Counted from the first letter of the stretch, positions 9,042 through 23,587 are shown. The stretch: 64,000 nt of DNA from Planctomycetota bacterium (GCA_965223545.1 OZ245006.1:896001-960000), one strand, 5' to 3'. A program made the numbers and translations. Notes: generated from the sequence alone by a model not told the origin.

Positions 9042-10016
9042 ATGAGACGTTCGCTTCTGGTCGCACTCGTGTTCGCGCTGGGGCTTCGGGGACAGGAGGC
9101 CGCGATGGTGGAGCTGGTGTATCGCGCGCCGGTCGAGGACGCGATCGCGCGGGGATTGCTGTCGGCCAAGACGGATCTCGACGCGACGAGGGCGGCGGTG
9201 GCGGACGTGCTGCGCAGGCGGCTTGCCGCGCTGCAAGTCGACGGGCGCGTCACCGTCGACGAACGGCGCGGGTTGGTGGTCAGCGTGCCTGAGACGGCGG
9301 CCGCGCAGCCGGAGCTCAGGCGTTTCCTGACCGCGGAGCACTTGGTCGAGTTCAGTGCGCTGGTCCCGGCAGAGGGCACCGACGCGTTCGACTTGCGGGC
9401 GGAGCGAGCGCAGCTGATCGGTTGGCTCGAACGCCCCGGCATCCGCGAACGCGTCGCCGCGACCCCACGCCTCATCGAACAGTTTCACCACCTGCCCGCG
9501 GATGACGGTGGCCCGCTGCGCGCCAATGGAATCCGCTGGCGTGCGCACCGAATCCGAGTCCGACGCGGACAATTCCTACCAGCGCTGTCGACCGACCGAC
9601 CCGACGCCGCGGTGCCCCTGTTCAGCCCCGCCGAACACGCCGCGGGTCCCACCGGCCCGGACGCGACGCTGATCGAGCTGCTCGCAACCGACAGGACCAC
9701 GCCAGCGTTCCACGCCAGTGACTTCGCCGAGGACGGCTTTGTCGACACGGTCCAACCCGACGGCACCCACGGCTTGGGCTATCGCGTGATCGACGACCGC
9801 CTCCGCGCTTACCGGAACTGGACCGCCGCGCTCGAGGACCACCCAATGCTGATCGCGATCGCCGACGAAGTGGTCCTCACCCCGATCGTGTCGTCCCCGA
9901 TCTACGGCTCGGGCCTACTCCACGGAATCCCCGATTCGGAGCGGACCCTCCTGACCCGCGCCATGCGACACGCCCGCGCCCCGCTGCCGCTCGCTCTGCT
10001 CCCGGTCGACCGATAA
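9042..10016 (+). CDS. Secreted protein resembling the isolated periplasmic P1 domain of SecD
   Basis: Signal peptide MRRSLLVALVFALGLRGQ; collinear similarity to the P1 region of the SecDF at 11926; no further transmembrane helices. Confidence 0.7.
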   Translation: MRRSLLVALVFALGLRGQEAAMVELVYRAPVEDAIARGLLSAKTDLDATRAAVADVLRRRLAALQVDGRVTVDERRGLVVSVPETAAAQPELRRFLTAEHLVEFSALVPAEGTDAFDLRAERAQLIGWLERPGIRERVAATPRLIEQFHHLPADDGGPLRANGIRWRAHRIRVRRGQFLPALSTDRPDAAVPLFSPAEHAAGPTGPDATLIELLATDRTTPAFHASDFAEDGFVDTVQPDGTHGLGYRVIDDRLRAYRNWTAALEDHPMLIAIADEVVLTPIVSSPIYGSGLLHGIPDSERTLLTRAMRHARAPLPLALLPVDR

Positions 10017-10033
10017 TTCCTCTTTACCGCATA

Positions 10034-10639
10034 TCAGTCGCAATCGTCCCGACCACCCGCCGTCAGCCGCTCCACGTACTTGGCGAGGATGTCGACCTCG
10101 ACGTGCACCGGATCACCGACCCTGGACGTCCCGAGGGTGGTGGCCGCCGCGGTGTGCGGAATGACCGCGATCCGCAGCGCCCCCCCGCGCAGCGCGGCGA
10201 TGGTCAGCGACACGCCGTCGAGGGCCACGGACCCCTTCTCGACGCAATACCGGGCGAGGTCGTCCGGCACCCTCACCTCCCATTCGCCGCCGGCGCGCGC
10301 ATCGATCGCCGCGGTGACCTCACCGACGCCGTCGACGTGGCCCTGGACCCAATGCCCCCCCATCGGGTCGCCGACCCGCAGCGAGGGCTCGACGTTGACC
10401 CGGGTCGCCGGCCGCGCGCCCCCGAGCCAAGTGCGCCGGAGCGTCTCCTCGGACAGCCGAAAATCGGCCTCCGTGCCGCGCCGCGCGGTCACCGTGCAGC
10501 ACACGCCGGACAGGGCGATCGATGCCCCCAGCTCGGCCGCCTCCGCCACGCCGCCGAGGTCCACCGACAGGTCCATCTCGCGGCCGATCCGGGTCGCCCG
10601 CCGGACCACTCCGACGGCCTGGATCAGGCCGGTGAACAT
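10034..10639 (-). CDS. ribE: Riboflavin synthase (alpha chain)
   Basis: N-terminal MFTGLI; GASIALSGVCCTV, GGHWVQGHVDG and KGSVALDGVSLTI. Confidence 0.96.
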   Translation of the reverse strand: MFTGLIQAVGVVRRATRIGREMDLSVDLGGVAEAAELGASIALSGVCCTVTARRGTEADFRLSEETLRRTWLGGARPATRVNVEPSLRVGDPMGGHWVQGHVDGVGEVTAAIDARAGGEWEVRVPDDLARYCVEKGSVALDGVSLTIAALRGGALRIAVIPHTAAATTLGTSRVGDPVHVEVDILAKYVERLTAGGRDDCD

Positions 10640-10653
10640 GCCGCCGCGCGCGC

Positions 10654-10682
10654 TTGACGCTGGGTTTTGCGATCCCTACTGT
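10654..10682 (+). promoter_or_regulatory. Sigma70-type promoter for trmD-rplS-secDF
   Basis: TTGACG - 17 nt - TACTGT, ending 26 nt upstream of the trmD ATG. Confidence 0.7.
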
Positions 10683-10708
10683 GCTTGCCCTTTCTGCGGC
10701 GTCGCATC

Positions 10709-11446
10709 ATGTTCTGCGCGATCCTCACGCTCTTTCCAGAGGCGTGCAAGGCCTATCTGGACGAGAGCATCCTGGGGATCGCACAGGAGAAGGGCCTGCT
10801 CCACGTCGAGCTGGTCGACTTCCGAGAATTCACCCACGATCGCCACCGCTCGGCGGACGACCGTCCGTTCGGCGGCGGTCCGGGCATGGTGCTGAAGCCG
10901 GAGCCGATCTTTGAAGCTGTCGAGGACACCGAGCGCCGGTTCGGACCGTGCCACAAGGTGCTGCTCTGCCCGCGCGGACCGCGCTTCAGCCAGGCCCGCG
11001 CGCGGACCATCGCGCAGCGCGAACGCCTGCTGATGCTGTGCGGGCGCTACGAGGGGTTCGACGAGCGCATCCGGGTCGGCATGCAGTGGGAAGAGCTTTC
11101 GATCGGAGACTACGTCTTGGCCGGCGGTGAGCTCCCCGCGCTCGTCGTTTTGGAAGCCGCGACCCGGCTGCTCCCCGGCGTGCTCGGCTGCGCGGAGTCG
11201 GCGGAGTTCGAGTCGTTCGAAAACGATCTCCTCGACTATCCCCAGTACACCCGGCCGCGGGACTTCCGCGGCATGCCGGTGCCCGAGGTCCTGATCTCCG
11301 GCGACCACGGCGCGGTGGCCGACTGGCGGCGCCGGCAGGCCGAGCGGCTCACCCGCGAACGCGCGCGACAGCACCCAACCCCACGAACTACCCCAGAAAC
11401 TGAACCCGACGTGCCGCGCGAGCTGCCGCCGGGAGGAAAGGACTGA
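10709..11446 (+). CDS. trmD: tRNA (guanine-N1)-methyltransferase
   Basis: ILTLFPE, DDRPFGGGPGMVLKPEP, LCGRYEGFDER, SIGDYVLAGGE and YPQYTRP. Confidence 0.97.
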   Translation: MFCAILTLFPEACKAYLDESILGIAQEKGLLHVELVDFREFTHDRHRSADDRPFGGGPGMVLKPEPIFEAVEDTERRFGPCHKVLLCPRGPRFSQARARTIAQRERLLMLCGRYEGFDERIRVGMQWEELSIGDYVLAGGELPALVVLEAATRLLPGVLGCAESAEFESFENDLLDYPQYTRPRDFRGMPVPEVLISGDHGAVADWRRRQAERLTRERARQHPTPRTTPETEPDVPRELPPGGKD

Positions 11447-11451
11447 ATCCG

Positions 11452-11874
11452 ATGGACATGATGCGGCAGATCGAGCTCGAGCACATGAAGCCGAGCATCC
11501 CCGACTTCGGCGTCGGCGACACGGTGGACGTGCACTACTTGATCCGCGAGGGCGAGAAGGAGCGCATCCAGGTGTTCTCCGGCACGACGATCGCCATCCG
11601 CGGCAACGGCGTGCGCCGCGCCGCGGTGGTCCGCCGGCTGGTCGCCGGCGAGGGCGTCGAGCGCGTCTTCCCGCTGCACTCGCCACGCGTGCAGAACGTG
11701 GTGGTCAAGCACCGCGGCCGCAGCCGGCGCGCCAAGCTGTACTACCTGCGCGATCGCGTCGGCAAGGGCGTGCGCCTGCCGGCCAACTTCAACAAGCGGC
11801 GCGGCCCCCGCTCCGGCCAGGGTTCCGGCCTGACCGCGGCGCCCGAGGCGCAGACGGCCGAGAGCAACAGCTGA
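11452..11874 (+). CDS. rplS: 50S ribosomal protein L19
   Basis: PDFGVGDTVDV, EGEKERIQVFSG, GEGVERVFP and RRAKLYYLR. Confidence 0.97.
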   Translation: MDMMRQIELEHMKPSIPDFGVGDTVDVHYLIREGEKERIQVFSGTTIAIRGNGVRRAAVVRRLVAGEGVERVFPLHSPRVQNVVVKHRGRSRRAKLYYLRDRVGKGVRLPANFNKRRGPRSGQGSGLTAAPEAQTAESNS

Positions 11875-11925
11875 TCGTAGCCAAGAGTCTTCGACGCGCG
11901 CCGCCGGGCGCGCCACGGCAGCCCA

Positions 11926-14910
11926 ATGATTGAGAACCCGCAACGTCAGGTCATCCTGATCGTGGTCGTCGCCCTGGTGGCGCTCTTCCTGTGTTGGAGC
12001 GAAGAGCCCAACCTCGGCCTCGACCTCGAGGGCGGCACGCAGCTGGTCTACGAGCTGCCGATCGAAGAGGCGATCAAGCAGAACCAGCTGGACGAGGACG
12101 CCGACCCGCAGGCGGTGATCCAGCAGACGCTCGCCATCATCGGCAACCGCATCGACCCCACCGGCGTGCGCGAGGCGGTGATCACGCAGCGCGGCGACCG
12201 TCAGTTCATGGTCGAGCTGCCGCGGGTGACGCGGGCCGAGGCCCAGCTGATCAAGAGCCAGATCCAGAATCTCGGCAAGCTCGAGATGCGCGCCCTGGCC
12301 GAAGACACCTACGCCAAGGACGGCGTGCAGTTCGACCTGGCCGAAGAGACCAGGCGGCTGCAGGAGTGGATGGACAAGGATGCCGCCGACGGCCGCACCA
12401 ACCGCGAGCGGCTGGCCGAAGACCCGCATCACATCCAGCAGTTCAACACCCTGCCGGCGACCAACGGCGGCCGCCAGAACCAGGAGCACTTCCTGTGGTA
12501 CGCCGCGCAGGTGCTCCCCTCGATGCGCGACCCGAGCCGCTGGGACCTCGCGTTCTCGCAGCACCCCCAGCGCACTTGGAACGTCGTCGCGGCGTTCACG
12601 CCGGCCGAGTTCGCCGCGGCCCCGCCCGCCGCCGAGGGCAACCAGAAGCCGTTCCTGGTCGAGCTCTACCCGATCAACCTGCACGAGGTGCACTTCACCG
12701 GCGAGGACATGGACGCCAACGCGGTGCGCGCCGGTCCCCACCCGGAGACCGGCGCACCGTCGGTGTACTACGGCCTGACCGGCACCAAGCAGACGGACTA
12801 CGCCGACTTCTCCGAGGAGTACATCGGCAAGCCGAGCGCGATCATCCTCAACCAGCTGGTGCAATCGGCGCCCTCCTTCCAGGGCCGCATCTTCGGCAAC
12901 GGCATCATCCAGGGCCAGTTCACCAACCCCGAGGCGCAGGCGCTGGCCAAGGTGATCCGCACCGGCTCGCTCAAGGTCAAGCCGGTGCCGATCTCGGACC
13001 GCACCATCGGTCCGACCCTCGGCGCCAAGTCGATCGAGCTCGGCCAGATCTCGATCGCGGTCGGCGGTGCGCTGGTGCTGATGTTCATCCTGGCCTACTA
13101 CCGGCTGGCCGGGCTGGTCGCGTTCGTCGGGCTGGCGCTCAACGTCTTCTTGATCTACGCCGCGGTGCTCTTCATCCGCGCCACGATCACCCTGCCCGGC
13201 ATCGCCGGCCTGGTGCTGACGATGGGCATGGCGGTCGACGCCAACATCCTGATCTACGAGCGCATCCGCGAGGAGCTGGCGCGCGGCAAGGACCTGCTGC
13301 GCGCCGGGCGCGCCGGCTTCGACCGGGCGATGGTGACCATCCTGGATGCCAACGTCACCACCTTCATCGCCGGCGTGGTGCTCTACAACGTCGGTGTCGG
13401 TCCGGTGCGCGGCTTCGCGGTCACGCTGATGATCGGCATCCTGACCACGCTGTTCACGGCGTTCTTCGTCAGCCGCGTCGTGTTCCACTACATGATCGAG
13501 CGCGAGGTGCTGAAGTCGTTCCAGGTCGCCGGCTGGTTCGACCGGCTGCGCTTCGACTTCGTGCGCGCCGGCAAGGTCGCGTTTTCGCTCAGCGTCGTCG
13601 CGGTACTGGTCGGTCTGGCGGTCACGCTCTGGGTGCCCGCCGACCGCAAGCTCGGCCTCGACTTCATGGGCGGGGCCGCGATGGAGCTGTCGCTGGCCGA
13701 GCCGCAGACGGCGCGCGGCCTCGAGCAACGCCTGCTCGACGACGACGAGTTCCGCTCGGAGTTCCCCAATCCGCTCGTGGCGACCATCGATGACGTCGAT
13801 GAAGCCGGGCAGTCCCGCTCCTTCTCGGTCAAGGTCAAGCTCAGCGAGGCGATGCGCGATCGCGTCACCGCGGAGAAGGCCGCCGCCCTCGAAGCGGGCG
13901 AGGATTACGAGCCTTTCTACAAGAGGCAGCTCAAGGAACTGCTCGCGCCGGTGCTCGTCGCCGATGCCTTCAGCCACGCCGAGTCGGTCGAGGTGCCCGG
14001 CGGCGCGCTCGAAGAAGCCGAAGTGCACGTCCACTTCACCTCCCCGGTCGAGGTGGAAGCCGCGCGCCAGCTCTTGGTGCAGCGCGTCAGCGAAGCCGCC
14101 ACCGTCGCTCCGCTCGACGATCCGGAGGCCACCCAGACCGATGCACTGCTGGTCAACTTTCCGGTCACGCCGGGCACTCCCCCAACGCAGCTGACCGCCG
14201 ACGTCACCGAGGCGCTGGACGGCCTACAGGACACCGCCGGCAACGAGGTCGCGCTGTCGGAACCGATCCCCAACGCGGAGGACATCAGCCCGCGCATGGT
14301 CGGGCAGCTGCGCATGTCGGCGATCGCCGCCATGCTGATCTCGCTGTTCCTGATCGTGATGTACATCCGGATCAGGTTCCACGAGTACAAGTACGGCTTC
14401 GCCGCGGTCGCGGCCCTGGTGCACGACGTGACCATCACGCTCAGCGTCGTCGTGCTCTTCAACTACCTCGGTCTGGTCAACGCCGAGATCGATCTGGCGA
14501 TGATCGCGGCGTTCCTGACGATCATCGGCTACTCGATCAACGACACGATCGTCATCTTCGACCGCATCCGCGAGAACGTGATGGACAACGAGCGGCTCGG
14601 CGAGAGCCGCGAGTCGTTCGGCGACCTGATCAACCGCTCGATCAACCAAACCCTGTCGCGCACCATCCTCACGTCGGGCACCACGCTGTTCGTGGTGCTG
14701 GCCCAGTTCTTGGTCAACCGGGGTTCCGGCAGTGCGCTGGAGGGCTTCTCCTTCGCCATGCTCGTCGGCATTCTGTTGGGCACCTACTCGACCATGTTCA
14801 TCGCCTCGCCGGTCGTACTCTGGCTGCGCAACCGGGAATCCGGTGGCTCCGCGGCCACCGGCGCCGATCCGGTGTCCAACCCCACGGCCAGCGTACCGGC
14901 CAACGCCTGA
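11926..14910 (+). CDS. secDF: Fused protein translocase subunit SecDF
   Basis: SecD motifs LGLDLEGG and TLPGIAGLVLTMGMAVDANILIYERIREE; SecF motifs LGLDFMGG and IGYSINDTIVIFDRIRE. Confidence 0.96.
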   Translation: MIENPQRQVILIVVVALVALFLCWSEEPNLGLDLEGGTQLVYELPIEEAIKQNQLDEDADPQAVIQQTLAIIGNRIDPTGVREAVITQRGDRQFMVELPRVTRAEAQLIKSQIQNLGKLEMRALAEDTYAKDGVQFDLAEETRRLQEWMDKDAADGRTNRERLAEDPHHIQQFNTLPATNGGRQNQEHFLWYAAQVLPSMRDPSRWDLAFSQHPQRTWNVVAAFTPAEFAAAPPAAEGNQKPFLVELYPINLHEVHFTGEDMDANAVRAGPHPETGAPSVYYGLTGTKQTDYADFSEEYIGKPSAIILNQLVQSAPSFQGRIFGNGIIQGQFTNPEAQALAKVIRTGSLKVKPVPISDRTIGPTLGAKSIELGQISIAVGGALVLMFILAYYRLAGLVAFVGLALNVFLIYAAVLFIRATITLPGIAGLVLTMGMAVDANILIYERIREELARGKDLLRAGRAGFDRAMVTILDANVTTFIAGVVLYNVGVGPVRGFAVTLMIGILTTLFTAFFVSRVVFHYMIEREVLKSFQVAGWFDRLRFDFVRAGKVAFSLSVVAVLVGLAVTLWVPADRKLGLDFMGGAAMELSLAEPQTARGLEQRLLDDDEFRSEFPNPLVATIDDVDEAGQSRSFSVKVKLSEAMRDRVTAEKAAALEAGEDYEPFYKRQLKELLAPVLVADAFSHAESVEVPGGALEEAEVHVHFTSPVEVEAARQLLVQRVSEAATVAPLDDPEATQTDALLVNFPVTPGTPPTQLTADVTEALDGLQDTAGNEVALSEPIPNAEDISPRMVGQLRMSAIAAMLISLFLIVMYIRIRFHEYKYGFAAVAALVHDVTITLSVVVLFNYLGLVNAEIDLAMIAAFLTIIGYSINDTIVIFDRIRENVMDNERLGESRESFGDLINRSINQTLSRTILTSGTTLFVVLAQFLVNRGSGSALEGFSFAMLVGILLGTYSTMFIASPVVLWLRNRESGGSAATGADPVSNPTASVPANA

Positions 14911-14967
14911 CGCCGGGCGGCGACGACCGCCTCGGCGGCGCCGCCGGCAGAGGCGCAAAGACCCGCC

Positions 14968-16638
14968 ATGGCCCAGTTCACGCCGCGATTCCCCGCCACC
15001 CTCGGTGGATTCGACAGCCGGCGGACCCCGGCCCTGCGCACCGATGTGCTGATCATCGGCGCCGGCATCGCCGGCAGCGCGGCGGCGCTGGCCGCCGCCG
15101 AGGCCGGCGCTTCGGTGCTGGTGCTCGCCAAGGGCAGCGACGAGGACACCAACACGGCATGGGCACAGGGGGGCGTTTCGGCGGTGATGCACGACGACGA
15201 CAGCACCGCACTGCACGTCCGCGACACGCTTTCCGTCGGCGCCGGCACCGCAGACCTGGAGGTCGCCGAAGACGTGGTTCGCGAGAGCGCGGGCGTGATC
15301 GCCTGGTTGCAGGCGATCGGCGTCGAGTTCGACCGCGATCCGGACGGCCAGATGCTGCTGTCGAGAGAAGGGGGGCACTCGGTGGACCGCGTCGTGCACC
15401 ACGGCGACGCCACCGGCGCGGCGATCCAGCACGCCCTGGTTCGCGCGGTCGAGACGCACGGCAACATCACGCGGCGCACAGGGGTGTTCGTGCGCGACTT
15501 GCTGGTGCACGACGGACGCTGCAACGGCGCCCTCGTCATGGTCGACGGAACGACCCTGGCCATCGAAGCCCGCGCCGTCGTGTTGGCGACCGGAGGTGCC
15601 GGCCAGATCTACCGCGAGACCACCAACCCGATCGGCGCGTGCGGCGACGGCGCCGCCCTGTGCTTCCGCGCCGGAGCCGCGCTCGCCGACCTCGAGTTCG
15701 TTCAGTTCCACCCGACCACGCTCTACATCGCGGGTGCGTCGCGGTTCCTGATCTCGGAGGTCGTCCGCGGCGCGGGCGCACGGCTCGTCGACCGCGACGG
15801 CGTGCGCTTCATGCTCGACCACCATCCCGCCGGCGAGCTGGCGCCGCGCGACGTGGTCAGCCGCGCGATCCTCGAGCGCATGGTGCAGACCGGGGACACG
15901 CACGTCTACCTCGACCTCAGCGGTATCGGCGAAGCCGCCCACCTGCGCTTCCCGACCATCTCGCGGATCTGCAGCGCGTTCGACCTCGACATCCAAAGCG
16001 ATCCCATCCCGGTCCGGCCCGGCGCGCACTACTTCATCGGCGGCGCCAGCACCGACCGCGACGGTGCCAGCACGGTCCCGGGCCTCTGGGTCGCCGGCGA
16101 GGCCGCCTGCACGGGGCTGCATGGCGCCAACCGTCTCGCCTCCAACAGCCTGCTCGAAGGCGCCGTCTTCGGCCAACGCGCCGGCATCGCCGCCGCGCAC
16201 GCCGCGCGCCAGCCCGGCCCCCCGTTGCCGCACGCGATTGCCGACCCGAACGGCACCGACAACGCACCGCGGCTACAGCTCGACGACATGCTCTACTCGC
16301 TGAAGAGCTTGATGTGGCGCAACGTCGGCCTGGCGCGCACGGCGGAGGGGCTCGACGAAGCCGCCCACCGGATCGGCCTCTGGCATCACTACTTGATGCG
16401 TGGACCCCGGCACACGATCCGCGCCCTCGAGCTGGCCAACATGCTGACGGTGTCGTCACTGGTCGCGCATGCCGCCTCACGCCGCGCCGAGAGCCGCGGC
16501 ACCCACTACCGCGCCGATCACACCCAACGCGACGACCAGCAATGGTGTCGGCGGCTGGTTCTGTCCCGCGCCGCCGATGGCAGCATCACGAGCACCCTCG
16601 GCCCCGCGCTCCCGCCCACCGACAAGCTACCGACCTGA
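14968..16638 (+). CDS. nadB: L-aspartate oxidase
   Basis: IIGAGIAG, NTAWAQGG, REGGHS, EFVQFHPT, LAPRDVVSRAI and GLHGANRLASNSLLEG. Confidence 0.95.
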   Translation: MAQFTPRFPATLGGFDSRRTPALRTDVLIIGAGIAGSAAALAAAEAGASVLVLAKGSDEDTNTAWAQGGVSAVMHDDDSTALHVRDTLSVGAGTADLEVAEDVVRESAGVIAWLQAIGVEFDRDPDGQMLLSREGGHSVDRVVHHGDATGAAIQHALVRAVETHGNITRRTGVFVRDLLVHDGRCNGALVMVDGTTLAIEARAVVLATGGAGQIYRETTNPIGACGDGAALCFRAGAALADLEFVQFHPTTLYIAGASRFLISEVVRGAGARLVDRDGVRFMLDHHPAGELAPRDVVSRAILERMVQTGDTHVYLDLSGIGEAAHLRFPTISRICSAFDLDIQSDPIPVRPGAHYFIGGASTDRDGASTVPGLWVAGEAACTGLHGANRLASNSLLEGAVFGQRAGIAAAHAARQPGPPLPHAIADPNGTDNAPRLQLDDMLYSLKSLMWRNVGLARTAEGLDEAAHRIGLWHHYLMRGPRHTIRALELANMLTVSSLVAHAASRRAESRGTHYRADHTQRDDQQWCRRLVLSRAADGSITSTLGPALPPTDKLPT

Positions 16639-16661
16639 GCCGCTCCGTCCGCATCCGGCCA

Positions 16662-17951
16662 ATGACCCGCGCCACCGAATCCACTCAACTGGCACCGCCC
16701 GAGGCCATCCTCTGCGGACTCGCTCCCCACGGTGACCAGCGCACGGCGCCCGAGGTCTTGGGCGAGCTGCGCCGCCTGGCGGAGACCGGAAACTTCAAGA
16801 TCGCCGGCTGCGTCGCGCAGCACCGCCGCTCTCCCGACCCGAACACGTACTTCGGCACCGGCAAGCTGGAGGAGATCGCCGAGCTGATCCAGCAGGCGAA
16901 GGCGGACGTGCTGATCTGCGATCAATCGCTGAGCCCGGCGCAGGGGCGCAACATCGAGAAGATCGTCAAGGTCTCCGTCCTCGACCGCAGCGAGTTGATC
17001 CTTCACATCTTCGGCACGCACGCGCGCACCCCGCAGGCCAAGCTCCAGGTCGAGCTCGCGCGCCTTCAGTACCAGCTGCCGCGGCTCAAGCGGATGTGGA
17101 CCCACCTCGAACGCCAGCGCGGCGGCATCGGCCTGCGCGGCGGCGCGGGCGAGAAGCAGATCGACCTCGACCGCAGCGAGCTGCGCACCCGCATCGCGCA
17201 GATCAACAGGCAGCTGCACCGCATCGAGGGGCGCCGATCGCGCGAGGTCCAACGCCGCGCCGATCGGTTCACGGTCGCGCTCGTCGGCTACACCAACGCC
17301 GGCAAGTCGACGCTGATGAACCACCTCACCGATGCCGGGGTGTTGGCCGAGAACCGCTTGTTCTCGACCCTGGATACCCGCACGCGACCCTGGCGCCTCC
17401 CCGGTGGCCGCGTCGTCCTGCTCTCCGACACGGTCGGCTTCATCCGCGATCTGCCGCACCAGTTGGTCGCGAGCTTCCACGCCACCCTCGAAGAAGCGCT
17501 GCACGCCGACCTGCTGTTCCTCGTCGTCGACGCAGCCAGTCCGGAGGCCTTGGACCAGCTCGAGGCCGTCGACGAAGTGCTCGAACAGCTCGGCGCGCAC
17601 GCGATCGCAAGGATCACCATCCTCAACAAGGTCGATGCCGTGCACGAGCCCTCGCTGCTCGCCCGCTTCCACCACATCGACCCCACCGCAGTGCCGGTCT
17701 CGGCCGTCACCGGCGAAGGCATTCCACAGCTCGAGGCGCGACTCCTCGATCTGCTGAGCCACTCGGAAAGGCGCGTCGAGATTCTCGTGCCGCACACCGC
17801 GGGACGCCTGCACTCCGAGATTCGCCGCAACACCACCGTGCTGTCCGAGCTCTACACCGAAGAAGGCTGCCTGATGGAGTGCCTCGTCAGCCCGTCGCTC
17901 TTGGGTCGCCTGCTCTCGCAAGGCGCCACCCTGCACCGCAACGACGGCTGA
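16662..17951 (+). CDS. hflX: Ribosome-splitting GTPase HflX
   Basis: C-terminal part of ORF 15159..17951: AKLQVELARLQYQLPRL, GYTNAGKST, LFSTLD, DTVGFI and NKVD. Confidence 0.96.
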   Translation: MTRATESTQLAPPEAILCGLAPHGDQRTAPEVLGELRRLAETGNFKIAGCVAQHRRSPDPNTYFGTGKLEEIAELIQQAKADVLICDQSLSPAQGRNIEKIVKVSVLDRSELILHIFGTHARTPQAKLQVELARLQYQLPRLKRMWTHLERQRGGIGLRGGAGEKQIDLDRSELRTRIAQINRQLHRIEGRRSREVQRRADRFTVALVGYTNAGKSTLMNHLTDAGVLAENRLFSTLDTRTRPWRLPGGRVVLLSDTVGFIRDLPHQLVASFHATLEEALHADLLFLVVDAASPEALDQLEAVDEVLEQLGAHAIARITILNKVDAVHEPSLLARFHHIDPTAVPVSAVTGEGIPQLEARLLDLLSHSERRVEILVPHTAGRLHSEIRRNTTVLSELYTEEGCLMECLVSPSLLGRLLSQGATLHRNDG

Positions 17952-17983
17952 CGGCAGTTAGGCCGTACAGCGCCGGTTAAACG

Positions 17984-18015
17984 CGATCGGGCGAGCCATG
18001 TGGCTCGCCCGATCG
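17984..18015. terminator. Probable bidirectional terminator between hflX and the rRNA operon
   Basis: Perfect 15-bp inverted repeat CGATCGGGCGAGCCA-tg-TGGCTCGCCCGATCG between convergent units; only a short U-run on the minus strand. Confidence 0.6.
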
Positions 18016-18043
18016 GTCAGCGCGTTGCTGTGTAGAAGAATGA

Positions 18044-18150
18044 GCCCGGCACGAACCTACTTTCGCCTTTCGACTATCATCGGCCCAGGCTGCTTGACGA
18101 CCGAGTTCGGGATGGGATCGGGTATTTCCAGCCAGGTATGGGCACCGGGC
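18044..18150 (-). rRNA. rrf: 5S rRNA (short form, about 107 nt)
   Basis: The minus strand contains CCCGATCCCATCCCGAACTCGG and GATGATAGT...GAAAGTAGG; the ends GCCCGGT/GCCGGGC pair. Confidence 0.93.
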
Positions 18151-18280
18151 AATACGCATGCGTTCTCCGGGAGGACGCTTGGTGAGCGTCGTGCGCCGGA
18201 GAAGACGCATAGGGTGTGAGGAACGTCGCGAAGGCGGCGGTTTGCGCCGTCTTCGATCGAGAAGACCAAGGTGAGAATGT

Positions 18281-21236
<2,956 letters not shown>

Positions 21237-21287
21237 TATATCCTCACGCGAGATCCTCTTGATCTCGACGATTCCTCACACCCTACT

Positions 21288-21298
21288 TGTCAAAGAGC
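21288..21298 (-). promoter_or_regulatory. Spacer boxA antitermination element
   Basis: GCTCTTTGACA on the minus strand, upstream of 23S; identical to the leader copy. Confidence 0.7.
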
Positions 21299-21518
21299 TT
21301 CTCTGGCCGGGGCGCCGCGCGGGCACACCGGGCATGCAAACGCAGAGCTGCGAACGATGTCACAACCCTGCGTCCGAAGAAGATTGGATAGCCCCGAGGT
21401 CGCGTGTGCCCTGTGCTTCTCGGCACGTGCAGACGATCCGGCTGCCACTCGGCGCGCAGCCCTCTTGCGAGGGTCACGAACCGTGCTTGAGCCGGCGCTG
21501 GACGCGCCGGTTTCCTTA

Positions 21519-23080
<1,562 letters not shown>

Positions 23081-23305
23081 GAAGTTCTGATCGGGATTCC
23101 GCAAGAGACAGCAGCACGACGAACGCACCGCTGCGCGAACCGCACCCGCAGGCACGGCGTCTCACGATCCCATTTTCTTGGTCGCCAAAACCACTCCACC
23201 AACCGCGACACCGCCACTCCCCGGCCGGAACCGGAACGCGGCAACGACGCAGCGGCAAAGGCCTTGGACGCTTTTGCTCACACGCTGTTTCGAGGCTATC
23301 CAGAA

Positions 23306-23316
23306 TGTCAAAGAGC
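23306..23316 (-). promoter_or_regulatory. Leader boxA antitermination element
   Basis: GCTCTTTGACA followed by TGGATAGCCTCGA, which can pair with TCGGGGCTATCCA in the 16S-23S spacer (about 21385-21397) to form the 16S processing stem. Confidence 0.7.
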
Positions 23317-23398
23317 CGGTCTCATCGCACATTCCAGCGCGCTACTCGGGCACGGGAGGGTGGGAGGGACCGTGGGTCCTCGCGAACGAGGGCGCAGG

Positions 23399-23427
23399 AA
23401 GGTAGCGGCCACACCCCACCAGCGCAA
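23399..23427 (-). promoter_or_regulatory. rRNA operon promoter
   Basis: TTGCGC - 17 nt - TACCTT, followed by a GC-rich discriminator (CCTGCGCC), with a T-tract upstream. Confidence 0.65.
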
Positions 23428-23587
23428 GCGTCACGGGTGAAAAACCGCTCGGAGCCGCCGCGGCCGCACCGGGCGAGTCCCCGCGATCCGAGGCGGCGCC
23501 CCCGGGGGGGCCGCTCGAGCGCCCCGCGCCCCGCGGCTGGCGCCCTGCGACTCGCGGCTGGCGCCGGGGGGCTCGGCAACGGACCCG

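Noticed and set aside
11236..14034. 932-aa minus-strand ORF
   Set aside because: It is antisense to trmD, rplS and secDF and has no recognisable domain.
21237..21518. tRNA-Ile/Ala in the 16S-23S spacer
   Set aside because: No T-loop GTTCRA with acceptor stem or cloverleaf was found on the minus strand.
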